From Nitrospinota bacterium (lineage in GTDB: Bacteria > UBA8248): 12,138 nucleotides of DNA. The stretch is from NCBI GenBank assembly GCA_046581755.1, contig JAYGFR010000006.1:1-12138 (forward strand), given 5' to 3'. Every line of letters begins with the position of its first letter. Within the stretch, counting starts at the first letter, position 1. The notes under the pieces are model-generated. The model saw only the letters and a program-made list of their open reading frames with translations. It ran no database searches and was not told the DNA's origin. This document shows, one piece after another, positions 1-7,878 of the stretch. The position numbers were made by a program, and so were the translations under genes.

Positions 1-300
1 GCGGCGGCGGCCTTGCTCGTTCTGGCGGAGTATTCGGCCCTTCGCCGGATTCATCCGGTCTCCCTGCCCGGAAGGAGCATGGGTTCCATCCTCGTGGCGA
101 GCGTACTCGCGGCGGCGGCGGTGGTCTGGTTCCCGCTTCACCGATGGGCGTTCCTGGCCGCGAGCGGCGCGGGGTTTGTCCTGGTGTTCGGCCTCTTGGC
201 CTGGTGGCTGAAGCCCTACGATGCCGAGGATGTTCCGGTGTTCGAGCGGATAGGCGCTCCGTTCGATCGGCTGGAGCGCTGGCTGACGGCGCGGGGATGA
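1..300 (+). CDS. C-terminal fragment of a polytopic membrane protein, probably a polysaccharide flippase/biosynthesis protein (5' truncated by the window)
   Basis: Frame 1 is open from base 1 to TGA at 298-300. Two or more hydrophobic helices (SILVASVLAAAAVVWF, FLAASGAGFVLVFGLLAWWL) and a charged tail. It lies directly upstream of GT2 and galE. The family call rests on context and topology only. Confidence 0.55.
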   Translation, partial: AAAALLVLAEYSALRRIHPVSLPGRSMGSILVASVLAAAAVVWFPLHRWAFLAASGAGFVLVFGLLAWWLKPYDAEDVPVFERIGAPFDRLERWLTARG

Positions 301-367
301 AAGCCGCGGGCGTTCGGGGAACGGCGGCGGGATGCGTTTCGACGGCGATGAAAGGGATTGAGGACGG

Positions 368-1278
368 ATGAACGAGACAGCGGGCGAGCCGCGGGGAAAA
401 GTGATCACCGTCGTTCTCAATTTCAATCAATGCGCGCTGACCCGCGATATGCTCGAATCCCTCCGGGAGGGGCGGGGGGCGGATAACCATGTGCTTCTGA
501 TCGACAATGCCTCCTCGGACGGTTCGGCGGAGAATCTGCGCCGGGAGTTCCCGGAGGTCGAAGTGATCGAACCGGGAGAGAACCTGGGCTGTTCGGGCGG
601 ACGGAACCACGGCGCCCGTGCGGCGGTGGAGCAGGGAGCGAATTACATTTTTTTCTGCGATAACGACGCCTTTGTCGCCGAGGACTGCATTTCTCGCCTG
701 AGGGCGCATCTCGATGCCAATCCATAGGTGGGCATCGTGGGCGCCCGGGTGATGGCCCATCCGGACCGGGAGGCCATCGTCTCGCTGGGCACCGCGGTCG
801 ATTGGGACAGATGCCGGTACCGATCCAACCAGGAAGAGCCCGGAGAGATACCCGAAGACGGCCTGCTCGATTCCGCCTGGGTGGCCGGAACCGTCTGGAT
901 GGTCCGCGCCGCGCTCTTTGGCGAAATGGGATATATTGACGACCGGTATTTTATCTATTTCGAGAATACGGATTTCTCGTTTCGCATCAGGAGCCGCGGC
1001 CTCCGGGTGGTGGTGGCGCCCGATGCCGTGGTTTGGCACAGAGAGCGTTCGAGCCTGGGGCCCGCCTCCCCCCGCGCGCCTACTATTACACCCGCAACCG
1101 GATATTATTCTTCACGACATATTCTCCCCGCCCGCTGTTTTCGGGCTAGTTTCTCGCCACGCGGGCACTGGCGTGGGCGGCGCGGCTGGCGGTCCAGGGC
1201 GAATGGCGGTTGATGGGGGCCGTCTTGTCGGGCCTCGGGGATGCGGCCCTCGGCCGGTGGGGAAGGCGGTATATGTAG
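368..1278 (+). pseudogene. Glycosyltransferase family 2 (rhamnosyltransferase-like), disrupted by two in-frame TAG stops and one frameshift
   Basis: GT2 motifs: VVLNFN, LIDNASSDGS, ENLGCSGGRNHG, FFCDNDA, IDDRYFIYFENTDFSFR, VVWH. In-frame TAG at 725-727 (NP*VGIVG). One base is missing at ~1079-1080, after which frame 1 gives YYYTRNRILF. A second TAG at 1147-1149, then hydrophobic helices to TAG at 1276-1278. RBS-like GAGG lies upstream of ATG 368. Confidence 0.85.
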
Positions 1279-1341
1279 ACTTTCGGCCGGCGGGAAAGAT
1301 TTGCCGCGCGGCGGAGCCATCGATTTTTCAATGGAGAAGCC

Positions 1342-2331
1342 GTGGCGGACAGTTCCACTATTTTGGTGACGGGCGGCGCCGGATATATCGGCAGCCACAC
1401 CTGCAAGATTTTGGCGGGGGCGGGGTATACCCCCGTTGTCTACGACAGTCTGGACCTCGGCCACCGCTGGGCGGTGAAGTACGGCCCGCTGGTCGAGGGC
1501 GACCTTTCCGACGGGAAACGGCTCCGGGAGGCGCTGTCCGGACACCGTGCGGGAGCGGTGGTTCATTTCGCCGGCAGCACCTACGTCGGCGAGTCCATGG
1601 GGAATCCGAGAAAATATTTTCGGAACAACCTCGCCAACTCCCTGAACCTCATCGAGGCGATGCAGGATACGGGCGTCGAAACGCTGGTTTACTCATCGAC
1701 CTGCGCCACCTACGGCTACCCGGAAACGATCCCCATCCCCGAGGATCATCCGCAGCGCCCGGTGAGCCCCTACGGCGATTCAAAATATGCCGTCGAGCGG
1801 GCCATCCGCTGGTTCGGTGAAGCCTATGGCCTGCGCTGGGCGGCGCTCCGGTATTTCAACGCGGCGGGGGCGGACCCCGATGGCGAAATCGGCGAGGACC
1901 ATGATCCCGAAACCCACCTGATTCCCATCGTGATCGAGGCGGCGCTCGGGAAGCGATCCCATGTGGATATATTCGGAACCGACTACCCCACCGGGGACGG
2001 AACCGCCGTCCGCGATTATGTGCATGTGTGCGATCTGGGCGAGGCGCACCGGCTGGCCCTGGAGTATCTCCAGCGCGGAGGCGAATCGTCGGCTTTCAAC
2101 CTGGGCACCGGAAACGGCCATTCCGTCCGGGAGGTGATTCAAGCCGTGGGCCGGGCCGGCGGGCGGGAGGCGCCGTTTCAGGAGACGGGCCGCCGGCCGG
2201 GGGACCCCGCCGAACTGATCGCCGACGCCCGGCGCGCCTCCGAGTCCCTGGGATGGCGGCCCCGTCTTTCCGGGTTGGACAAGATCGTCGAAACCGCGTG
2301 GAACTGGCACACAAAGGCCAAGGCGCCCTAG
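1342..2331 (+). CDS. galE: UDP-glucose 4-epimerase
   Basis: ILVTGGAGYIGSH Rossmann motif, VHFAG..VGES, YSSTCATYG, catalytic PYGDSK (YxxxK), LRYFNAAGAD, ETHLIP, DGTAVRDYVHV, FNLGTG, RRPGDP. Full length (329 aa). GGAG RBS before the GTG start. Confidence 0.96.
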   Translation: MADSSTILVTGGAGYIGSHTCKILAGAGYTPVVYDSLDLGHRWAVKYGPLVEGDLSDGKRLREALSGHRAGAVVHFAGSTYVGESMGNPRKYFRNNLANSLNLIEAMQDTGVETLVYSSTCATYGYPETIPIPEDHPQRPVSPYGDSKYAVERAIRWFGEAYGLRWAALRYFNAAGADPDGEIGEDHDPETHLIPIVIEAALGKRSHVDIFGTDYPTGDGTAVRDYVHVCDLGEAHRLALEYLQRGGESSAFNLGTGNGHSVREVIQAVGRAGGREAPFQETGRRPGDPAELIADARRASESLGWRPRLSGLDKIVETAWNWHTKAKAP

Positions 2332-2351
2332 ACGGCGCTGCCGGATTCGCT

Positions 2352-3482
2352 CTATGAAGAGCACCCTGTTTGATCGAGCCGGTCGAGGCAGGCCCGAATC
2401 ACCTCGTCCGCCGGAATGTCGAGGGCGGATCCTTCCGCCTCGGGACCGGTCAAGCAAGTGATCCTATCGGTGGCGGGGCGGTAGCGGCCCAGGTTTTCCT
2501 TTCTGAACAGAGCGACCCCGCGGACGCCCGCCGCCCAGGCGAGATGGAGCGCGGCGGTGTCGGTGGTCAGGACCAGATCGCACCGCCGCATCAGGGAGGC
2601 CGTGCCTTGGTAGCCGATCTTTCCGACGGTATCGAGGGCATGAGGCCCCAGTCCCTCCGCGAGGCGTGCGGCGAGGGCCGCTTCGGCGGGTCCTCCGGTC
2701 AACAGGAATCTGGCGCTTCGGCGCTCTCGCAGGGCGCGCATGACCTCCAGGAACCGCTCCTCGGGCCAATCCTTTTCCGGGCGGTCGGTGCCGGGGTTGA
2801 CGGCGATGAGCGGCCCCTGGCCGGGCATTTTCCGGGCGATGGATTCGGCGAACCGTTCCTCCTCCTCGCTGGGCCAGGTTTCGAGGCTGTCTCCTCCGCC
2901 CCCGTCCGCGCCGAGGCGGCGGACCAGGACCAGGTGGGTGTCCCGCTCGTTGAGGGGCGCGGCGAGATCCTCGTCGATGGAATAGTGGTAGAAGGCGCCC
3001 GCCCCCAGCGTGTTGCGCCCCGCCAAGCGGGGAATGCCCGGGGACCGGAGGAGCCACCCCATGCGGACCGCCCCCCGGGGTGAGTAGAGGCCCATCAGGT
3101 TCACTGCGAGGCCGTAGCGGCGGCGGCGAATTTTCCTGATCAGGGAGATGACCTCTCCCATGCCCGCGGAGGGATGGACGCCGGCGACTGGAATGTGCCT
3201 GGCGTCCAGCGTTTCGATCGCGTCGATGTGGGGGCAGCCCAGGGCCGCGCCCTTGGCCTTTTCGCTGGTGAGCAAATCCAGTGTTCCAGAGGGGTTGGCG
3301 CGGCGGAGCGCCCGGATGGCCGGGACGGCAAGGGTGAAATCGCCCATGCCCGCAATTTGAACGGCCAGGATGCGGGACCCCGCCAGCGGCGGCGCACCGG
3401 CTTCGGGGGCGGTCACGAGGGCTTTGAGGAGCGCCCGCTGGAGGAGCGTCATCCCTTCCCAGGGGCTGGGAGCGATTCTCAC
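2352..3482 (-). CDS. Glycosyltransferase family 9 (ADP-heptose:LPS heptosyltransferase-like)
   Basis: RILAVQIAGMGDFTLAVPAIRALR N-terminal motif, IAVNPGT..PEKDWPEERF, CDLVLTTDTAALHLAWAAGV C-terminal motif. GGAG RBS upstream of GTG 3482. Convergent with galE. Confidence 0.9.
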   Translation of the reverse strand: MRIAPSPWEGMTLLQRALLKALVTAPEAGAPPLAGSRILAVQIAGMGDFTLAVPAIRALRRANPSGTLDLLTSEKAKGAALGCPHIDAIETLDARHIPVAGVHPSAGMGEVISLIRKIRRRRYGLAVNLMGLYSPRGAVRMGWLLRSPGIPRLAGRNTLGAGAFYHYSIDEDLAAPLNERDTHLVLVRRLGADGGGGDSLETWPSEEEERFAESIARKMPGQGPLIAVNPGTDRPEKDWPEERFLEVMRALRERRSARFLLTGGPAEAALAARLAEGLGPHALDTVGKIGYQGTASLMRRCDLVLTTDTAALHLAWAAGVRGVALFRKENLGRYRPATDRITCLTGPEAEGSALDIPADEVIRACLDRLDQTGCSS

Positions 3483-3696
3483 GGGAGCCTCTCCCCGTGC
3501 CGCTGGCTGGATGCATCCATGTCGCCCGTCTCCTCGCTCGGGGTTCGGCCCGGCTGAGGGGGAGTATAAGCGATTCGGGGCCTTTCGTTGGAACCGCCGA
3601 GGCCGGCCCCTGTTTTATGCTAGTCTGACGGCGGAATACCTTGTTTCCCGATGGGTTCATTCAGGGGTTTTCAGGACTGCGAAAGGGCATGTGGCC

Positions 3697-4986
3697 ATGG
3701 CGGTTGATACGGCTGGGATCTACTGGGAGTTCATGGAGGAGCGGATCGGGCGCATCACGGAGGCCTGCACCACCTGCGGCAAGTGTTTCGAGGCCTGCCC
3801 GATGCCCGTGTATGCCGAATTCGACGGAAGCGATTCGGAGAGCGTGACCCGCGGGGTGATCGACATCATCAACGGCCGGGCCGGCGCGCCCGATGCCGTC
3901 CGGTGGGTGGAGATCTGCCAAAAGAGCGGGGTTTGCATCGAGGCCTGTCCGGAGGACGTCAACCCGCGCGAAATGATTTCCTACGCCAAGATCAAGCGGC
4001 TGAACGCCGCCGGGGATGGGGAGAGCACCAAGAAGGTCAGCCGGGATTATTTCAAGCTCCTGAGCCGGACGATCCGCCTCATGGCCGGCCTTCAGGTGGA
4101 GCCCGATTTGTACAAGCGCCTGATTGCCGTGCATGGCCAGAAGAAAGCAAAAGCGGACGCCGTGTTTTATTTCGGCTGCAATATCCTTCAGACGCCCCAC
4201 ATTCTTCTTTCGTGCATGGACGTATTTGACCGAATGAACCTCGATTACGAGGTGGCGGGAGGGATGGGCCACTGCTGCGGCATCAACCACATCCGCCGGG
4301 GAGATTTGGAAACCGGGGCCGCCATGGGCAAGCGCTCTCTCGATCTTTTCAAGTCCTACGGCGCCGAGAGCGTCATCACCTTTTGCCCCACCTGCCAGAT
4401 GCAATACACCGATTACATCCATCTGTACGCGGGGCCGGAGGGCGATTCCCTGCCTTTTATTCATATTTCCAAATATTTGGCCGAACGAATCGAGATGCTC
4501 AAGTCTCTCTACGTCCATCCGGTGGAAAAGCGTGTCGCGGTTCATCTGCACGGTGGTCTCGAGGGGGTGGAGGATAACGTTCAGGCGATTCTGAGGAGCG
4601 TGCCGGGTCTGGAGTTGGTCGATATCGATCAGCTATCCGACCACGGATACCAGTGTCCGACCTTGGTGGTTCCGGAGGCGAGGGAGGTCATGCGCGCAAA
4701 GCTTTTCACCTCGGCCGAGGCGGCCGGAGTGGATTCCATCGTGACGATCTACCATGGTTGCCACCGCGCCTTGTGCGGTGAGGAGTTGAACCATCCGGTC
4801 GAGATCGAAAATTTCATGACTATCCTCGGGCAGGCCATGGGATTCGAATATCCGGACCGCACCAAGACGTTCAAGCTTTACGAGGATATGGATCGCGTCC
4901 TCGCCGAGGCCGGCGAAATGTTGCGCGCGAACGGGGTCGACCCCGACAAGGCCCGGGAGCAGCTTCAGCAGGCCTTGTATCCATGA
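3697..4986 (+). CDS. (Fe-S)-binding oxidoreductase with a ferredoxin-type dicluster domain and CCG domains (HdrD/GlpC/GlcF superfamily)
   Basis: CTTCGKCFEACP and CQKSGVCIEACP ferredoxin motifs, FYFGC, HCCG, FCPTC, IYHGC. The likely start is ATG 3697 (or GTG 3691) after AAAGGG. The ORF-track extension to 3370 overlaps the GT9 gene and is unlikely. Confidence 0.88.
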   Translation: MAVDTAGIYWEFMEERIGRITEACTTCGKCFEACPMPVYAEFDGSDSESVTRGVIDIINGRAGAPDAVRWVEICQKSGVCIEACPEDVNPREMISYAKIKRLNAAGDGESTKKVSRDYFKLLSRTIRLMAGLQVEPDLYKRLIAVHGQKKAKADAVFYFGCNILQTPHILLSCMDVFDRMNLDYEVAGGMGHCCGINHIRRGDLETGAAMGKRSLDLFKSYGAESVITFCPTCQMQYTDYIHLYAGPEGDSLPFIHISKYLAERIEMLKSLYVHPVEKRVAVHLHGGLEGVEDNVQAILRSVPGLELVDIDQLSDHGYQCPTLVVPEAREVMRAKLFTSAEAAGVDSIVTIYHGCHRALCGEELNHPVEIENFMTILGQAMGFEYPDRTKTFKLYEDMDRVLAEAGEMLRANGVDPDKAREQLQQALYP

Positions 4987-5035
4987 GAACGGCGTAAGGA
5001 AAGGTTGACCGCCGAGGGCCGGTGGGGGGAGATGG

Positions 5036-5371
5036 TTACTGCAGTTCTTTGTTAGCCTTGTCCAGGGTCAATTCGAAAAAAACTCGTTCTTCCGTGAGGG
5101 ACTCGATGGAAATTCCGGCATACCAGGTGCCGTCGCCGTTGTCTTGGTCCCAAACGACCGTCGCCCGGCAATTATCGAACACTTCGTTGGCTATCTGAAT
5201 CGAGCACTCGACTTGATCGCCCCGGGGAGGCTTGTTGGTCACCAACACTTTAAACCCGCCGGCGCTGATTTCCTCGGGGACGAGGGGAAGATCGGAGACA
5301 TCGGGAACCTGAATCACGACCGGAAGAAAATATCTGGGAAACAACCGGTTTTCTTCTGATCTCATTTCCAT
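5036..5371 (-). CDS. Stand-alone PilZ-domain protein
   Basis: ENRLFPR (RxxxR) followed by EEISAGG (a variant of D/NxSxxG), then beta-rich ATVVW..DGTWYAGISI. About 111 aa. GGAG RBS upstream of ATG 5371. Confidence 0.75.
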   Translation of the reverse strand: MEMRSEENRLFPRYFLPVVIQVPDVSDLPLVPEEISAGGFKVLVTNKPPRGDQVECSIQIANEVFDNCRATVVWDQDNGDGTWYAGISIESLTEERVFFELTLDKANKELQ

Positions 5372-5447
5372 TCGACCCGCTCCATATCCGGGAAAGGCTT
5401 CAATATGACGCTCGCCGGTCAAGATTGCCGCCGGAGGGGCCATCCTA

Positions 5448-6191
5448 TCATGTCGCCGTGGCCGATTGCATTTCCTTTTCCTCGGCGGCTTTCACCCAGG
5501 CGATGATTTTTTCCTTGTCTTTTTGCGCCTCGATAAAAGTGGTTTTCAGCGAAAGCGCCCTGTTGATGCTGGCCAGGGCCTCCGGAAATTTCCACTGGGC
5601 AACGTACACAAGAGATTGAACATAAAATAGTTCCGGGTCGGTCTGAATGAAAGTGGCTACGGTCTCGAAGGCTTTGACTGCGATATCGTACTCTTTCAGC
5701 CGAAACGCGATGGTTCCAATCCGTTTGTAGAGGCCACGGGCTTCGATATCCGGCTTGATCGCGAGGACCCGTTTGAATGACTTCAGGGCGGCATCATTCT
5801 CGCTCAGGCCCAGGAGCGCTTCTCCCAGCCCGACAAGGGCTTCCCGAGAATACCTGAAACGCCTGCCGATTTGGAATCGGCAAAAATGTCCCTTTTCTCC
5901 TCCTCGTCGATATTGCTGTTGTAGGTGAAAATGATCGGGGTTTCGGTGTGGGCCCTGCTGTTCAAGGCGCCGGAGATGGCGTTGAGGCTGTTCGACTTGT
6001 TGAGGTGGTGGTTGAGAATGATCGCTCCGTATTTTTGTTCTTGCACCGCGGCGGTAAATTCGTACCCATCTTTAACGAAAGTGATATTCTTAAATGAAAT
6101 CGTCAAAGTATTCTTTTATGGCGGCCAGGTGGACGGGGCTGCTTTCGCCCACAAGAAAAAGAGTGGACGGATCGGCTATCCCTGAGGACAT
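5448..6191 (-). pseudogene. Disrupted receiver (REC)-like domain plus TPR-repeat protein
   Basis: ATG 6191 (GAGG upstream) gives MSSGIADPSTLFLVGESSPVHLAAIKEYFDDFI* with stop at 6090-6092. A frameshift leads to FKNITFVKDGYE..YGAIILNHHL..TPIIFT..AGVSGILGKP (receiver pattern). A second frame change at ~5840 leads to EALVGLGEALLGLSENDAALKSFKRVLAIKPD..LYKRIGTIAFRLKEYDIAVKAFE..PEALASINRALSLK (about three TPR units), ending at TGA 5448-5450. Confidence 0.75.
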
Positions 6192-6472
6192 TTCGGACGG
6201 GCCTCATTTGAATGAAAACAGTGGTGGAGTCATCTTCCTAAAGGGGTAGGCCCCTTTTTGCAGGAATCCTTGGGGGGATGTTTAAATGACGGAATCTGTG
6301 TTTGCGAGCGTGTAAATTGGTTCGCCCGTCCAGGCAGTGAGACATTCTGTAGGATGAAGGCCGGCGGTGGGGGAGACTGTCGAACGGGCAAAAGTGCGCA
6401 GGCTTCTTGATTCCCGGCGGGGTTTTCACCCATACCCAATGGGGAGATCTTAAATGGATTTGGCTTTCTTAA

Positions 6473-7641
6473 ATGCGTATCGGAATTGATACGGCCCCGA
6501 TCCTTCAGCATCAAAACCGCGGCGTAGGTGCGCTGGGGAGCCACCTCCTCCACGCGTTGCTGCGTTCGGAGGGCGCGCATCGTTACTTGTTGTTCACGCC
6601 CGACAGCGCGAGAGGCCTTTCGGCGGAACTTTCGGAGCCGCAAAATTTCGAAGTTATTCACCGCCCCCCTGCCGGTGGGGCTTTTTCATGGGCCTGGGTG
6701 CGGGATGCCATGCGCCTTCGCCGGCAGGTGAAACGCCAACGCCTCGATGTCTTTCATGCCTATTTCCAATGGAACCTCCCCCTCCGCCGCTTTCCGGTGC
6801 CCGTGGTCGGGCATATCTACGACTTGATGCCCATCGCCGTTCGGGAGATCTATGCGGGCCGGTATTCTCTTCCGGTTGATCGAAAAATCGGACTCTATGC
6901 CCGGTATCTGAAATTCGCCTTACGCCGGATTGACCGGGCCATCTCGATCTCGGAACACACCCGGCGCGATTTGATCCGTTTGACGGGTTTTCCCGAGGAG
7001 CGAACGCATGTCGTCCATCCTGCCCCAGCGCCCGGGATGGCGGCTCCAGATGATGTGGGCGTTATCCACGCCCTCCGGGAGCGACTCGGTCTTCGGGAGG
7101 ACTACCTCCTTTATGTCGGCGGATACGATTACAGGAAAAATCTGGAGATGCTTCTGTGGGCTTTCTCCCGCGCACGGAAAGAGGGCATGAATCTGACGCT
7201 GGCCTTGGCGGGCGATATGAGCAGCTCTTACGGCCAATTAATTCAAACTTTGGTTGAAGAGGCCGGAGATGAATCCGGGGTGCGGACTCTCGGGCATATC
7301 GCGGATGGGGATCTCCCCGCCTTGTATGCTGGCGCCCGGCTTTTTTGTATCCCTATTTATACGAAGGATTCGGGCTCCCCGTTCTGGATGCCATGGCCTG
7401 TGGCACGCCGGTCGTCAGCTCGAACGCAGCTTCTCTCCCGGAGGCGGGGGGCGACGCGGCCATCTTGCTGGAACCGGGGGATGAAAGGGCTTGGGCCGAT
7501 GCCATTTCGCGGGCGGGCGAAAAGGGAGATTCGCATGATGATATGCGCCGGCTCGGAATTCGGCATGCCGCCACGTTCTCTTGGGAGCGGGCCGCAAACG
7601 AGACAATCGAAGTGTATGAAAAGTTGAGGACCCGGAATTAA
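6473..7641 (+). pseudogene. Glycosyltransferase family 4 (group 1, mannosyltransferase-like) split by a one-base frameshift in a T6 run
   Basis: MRIGID..RGVG, HIYDLMP, ISISEHTRRDL, YLLYVGGYDYRKNL, DLPALYAGARLF in one frame. YPYLYEGFGLPVLDAMACGTPVVSSNAASLPE and FSWERAA continue in another frame to TAA 7639-7641. Restoring T7 at 7341-7346 joins the two parts. Could be a real lesion or a homopolymer consensus error. Confidence 0.85.
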
Positions 7642-7692
7642 TCCTGGTTTCATGCGGGGTTGATCTTGCTGAGTGGGGGGATGGACGTAAAT

Positions 7693-7745
7693 TTTACATG
7701 GTTTTGGCACTGCAAATTCAATATATCCACGTAAGTCCATGTAAA
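7693..7745. promoter_or_regulatory. 9-bp perfect inverted repeat in an AT-rich intergenic region
   Basis: TTTACATGG (7693-7701) and CCATGTAAA (7737-7745) with a 35-nt spacer. Function is inferred only. Confidence 0.3.
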
Positions 7746-7878
7746 TATGATGCATATTTTATTGAAGACGGAGGATGGAAATTAATTTAATGGTTGATGG
7801 AATTTGATTGAACTGTATTTTTTTGTAATATCATGATGGTTTGTTATTATTCCGAGTTTGGGCCTCCAATAGAGATTA

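Noticed and set aside
725..1149. Amber (TAG) recoding or pyrrolysine in the GT2 gene
   Set aside because: galE, the 11176-11682 gene and the integrase end at TAG at the expected positions, and the GT2 gene also has a frameshift.
2464..3660. Long alternative ORFs (e.g. 918-1820 +, 2464-3660 -, 3661-4551 -, 10245-11051 -)
   Set aside because: Arg/Pro/Gly-rich or antisense shadows of well-supported genes, as expected in high-GC DNA. No motifs.
3370..3696. N-terminal extensions given by the ORF track for the Fe-S protein (also 9933 for the peptidase, 10915 for the 2-TM protein, 10039 for the hypothetical gene)
   Set aside because: They overlap neighbouring genes or promoter regions. Downstream starts have better RBS or family-consistent N-termini.
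7705..7719. Sigma54 promoter at TGGCAC
   Set aside because: The -12 GC is absent at the required spacing (GG-N10-TC).
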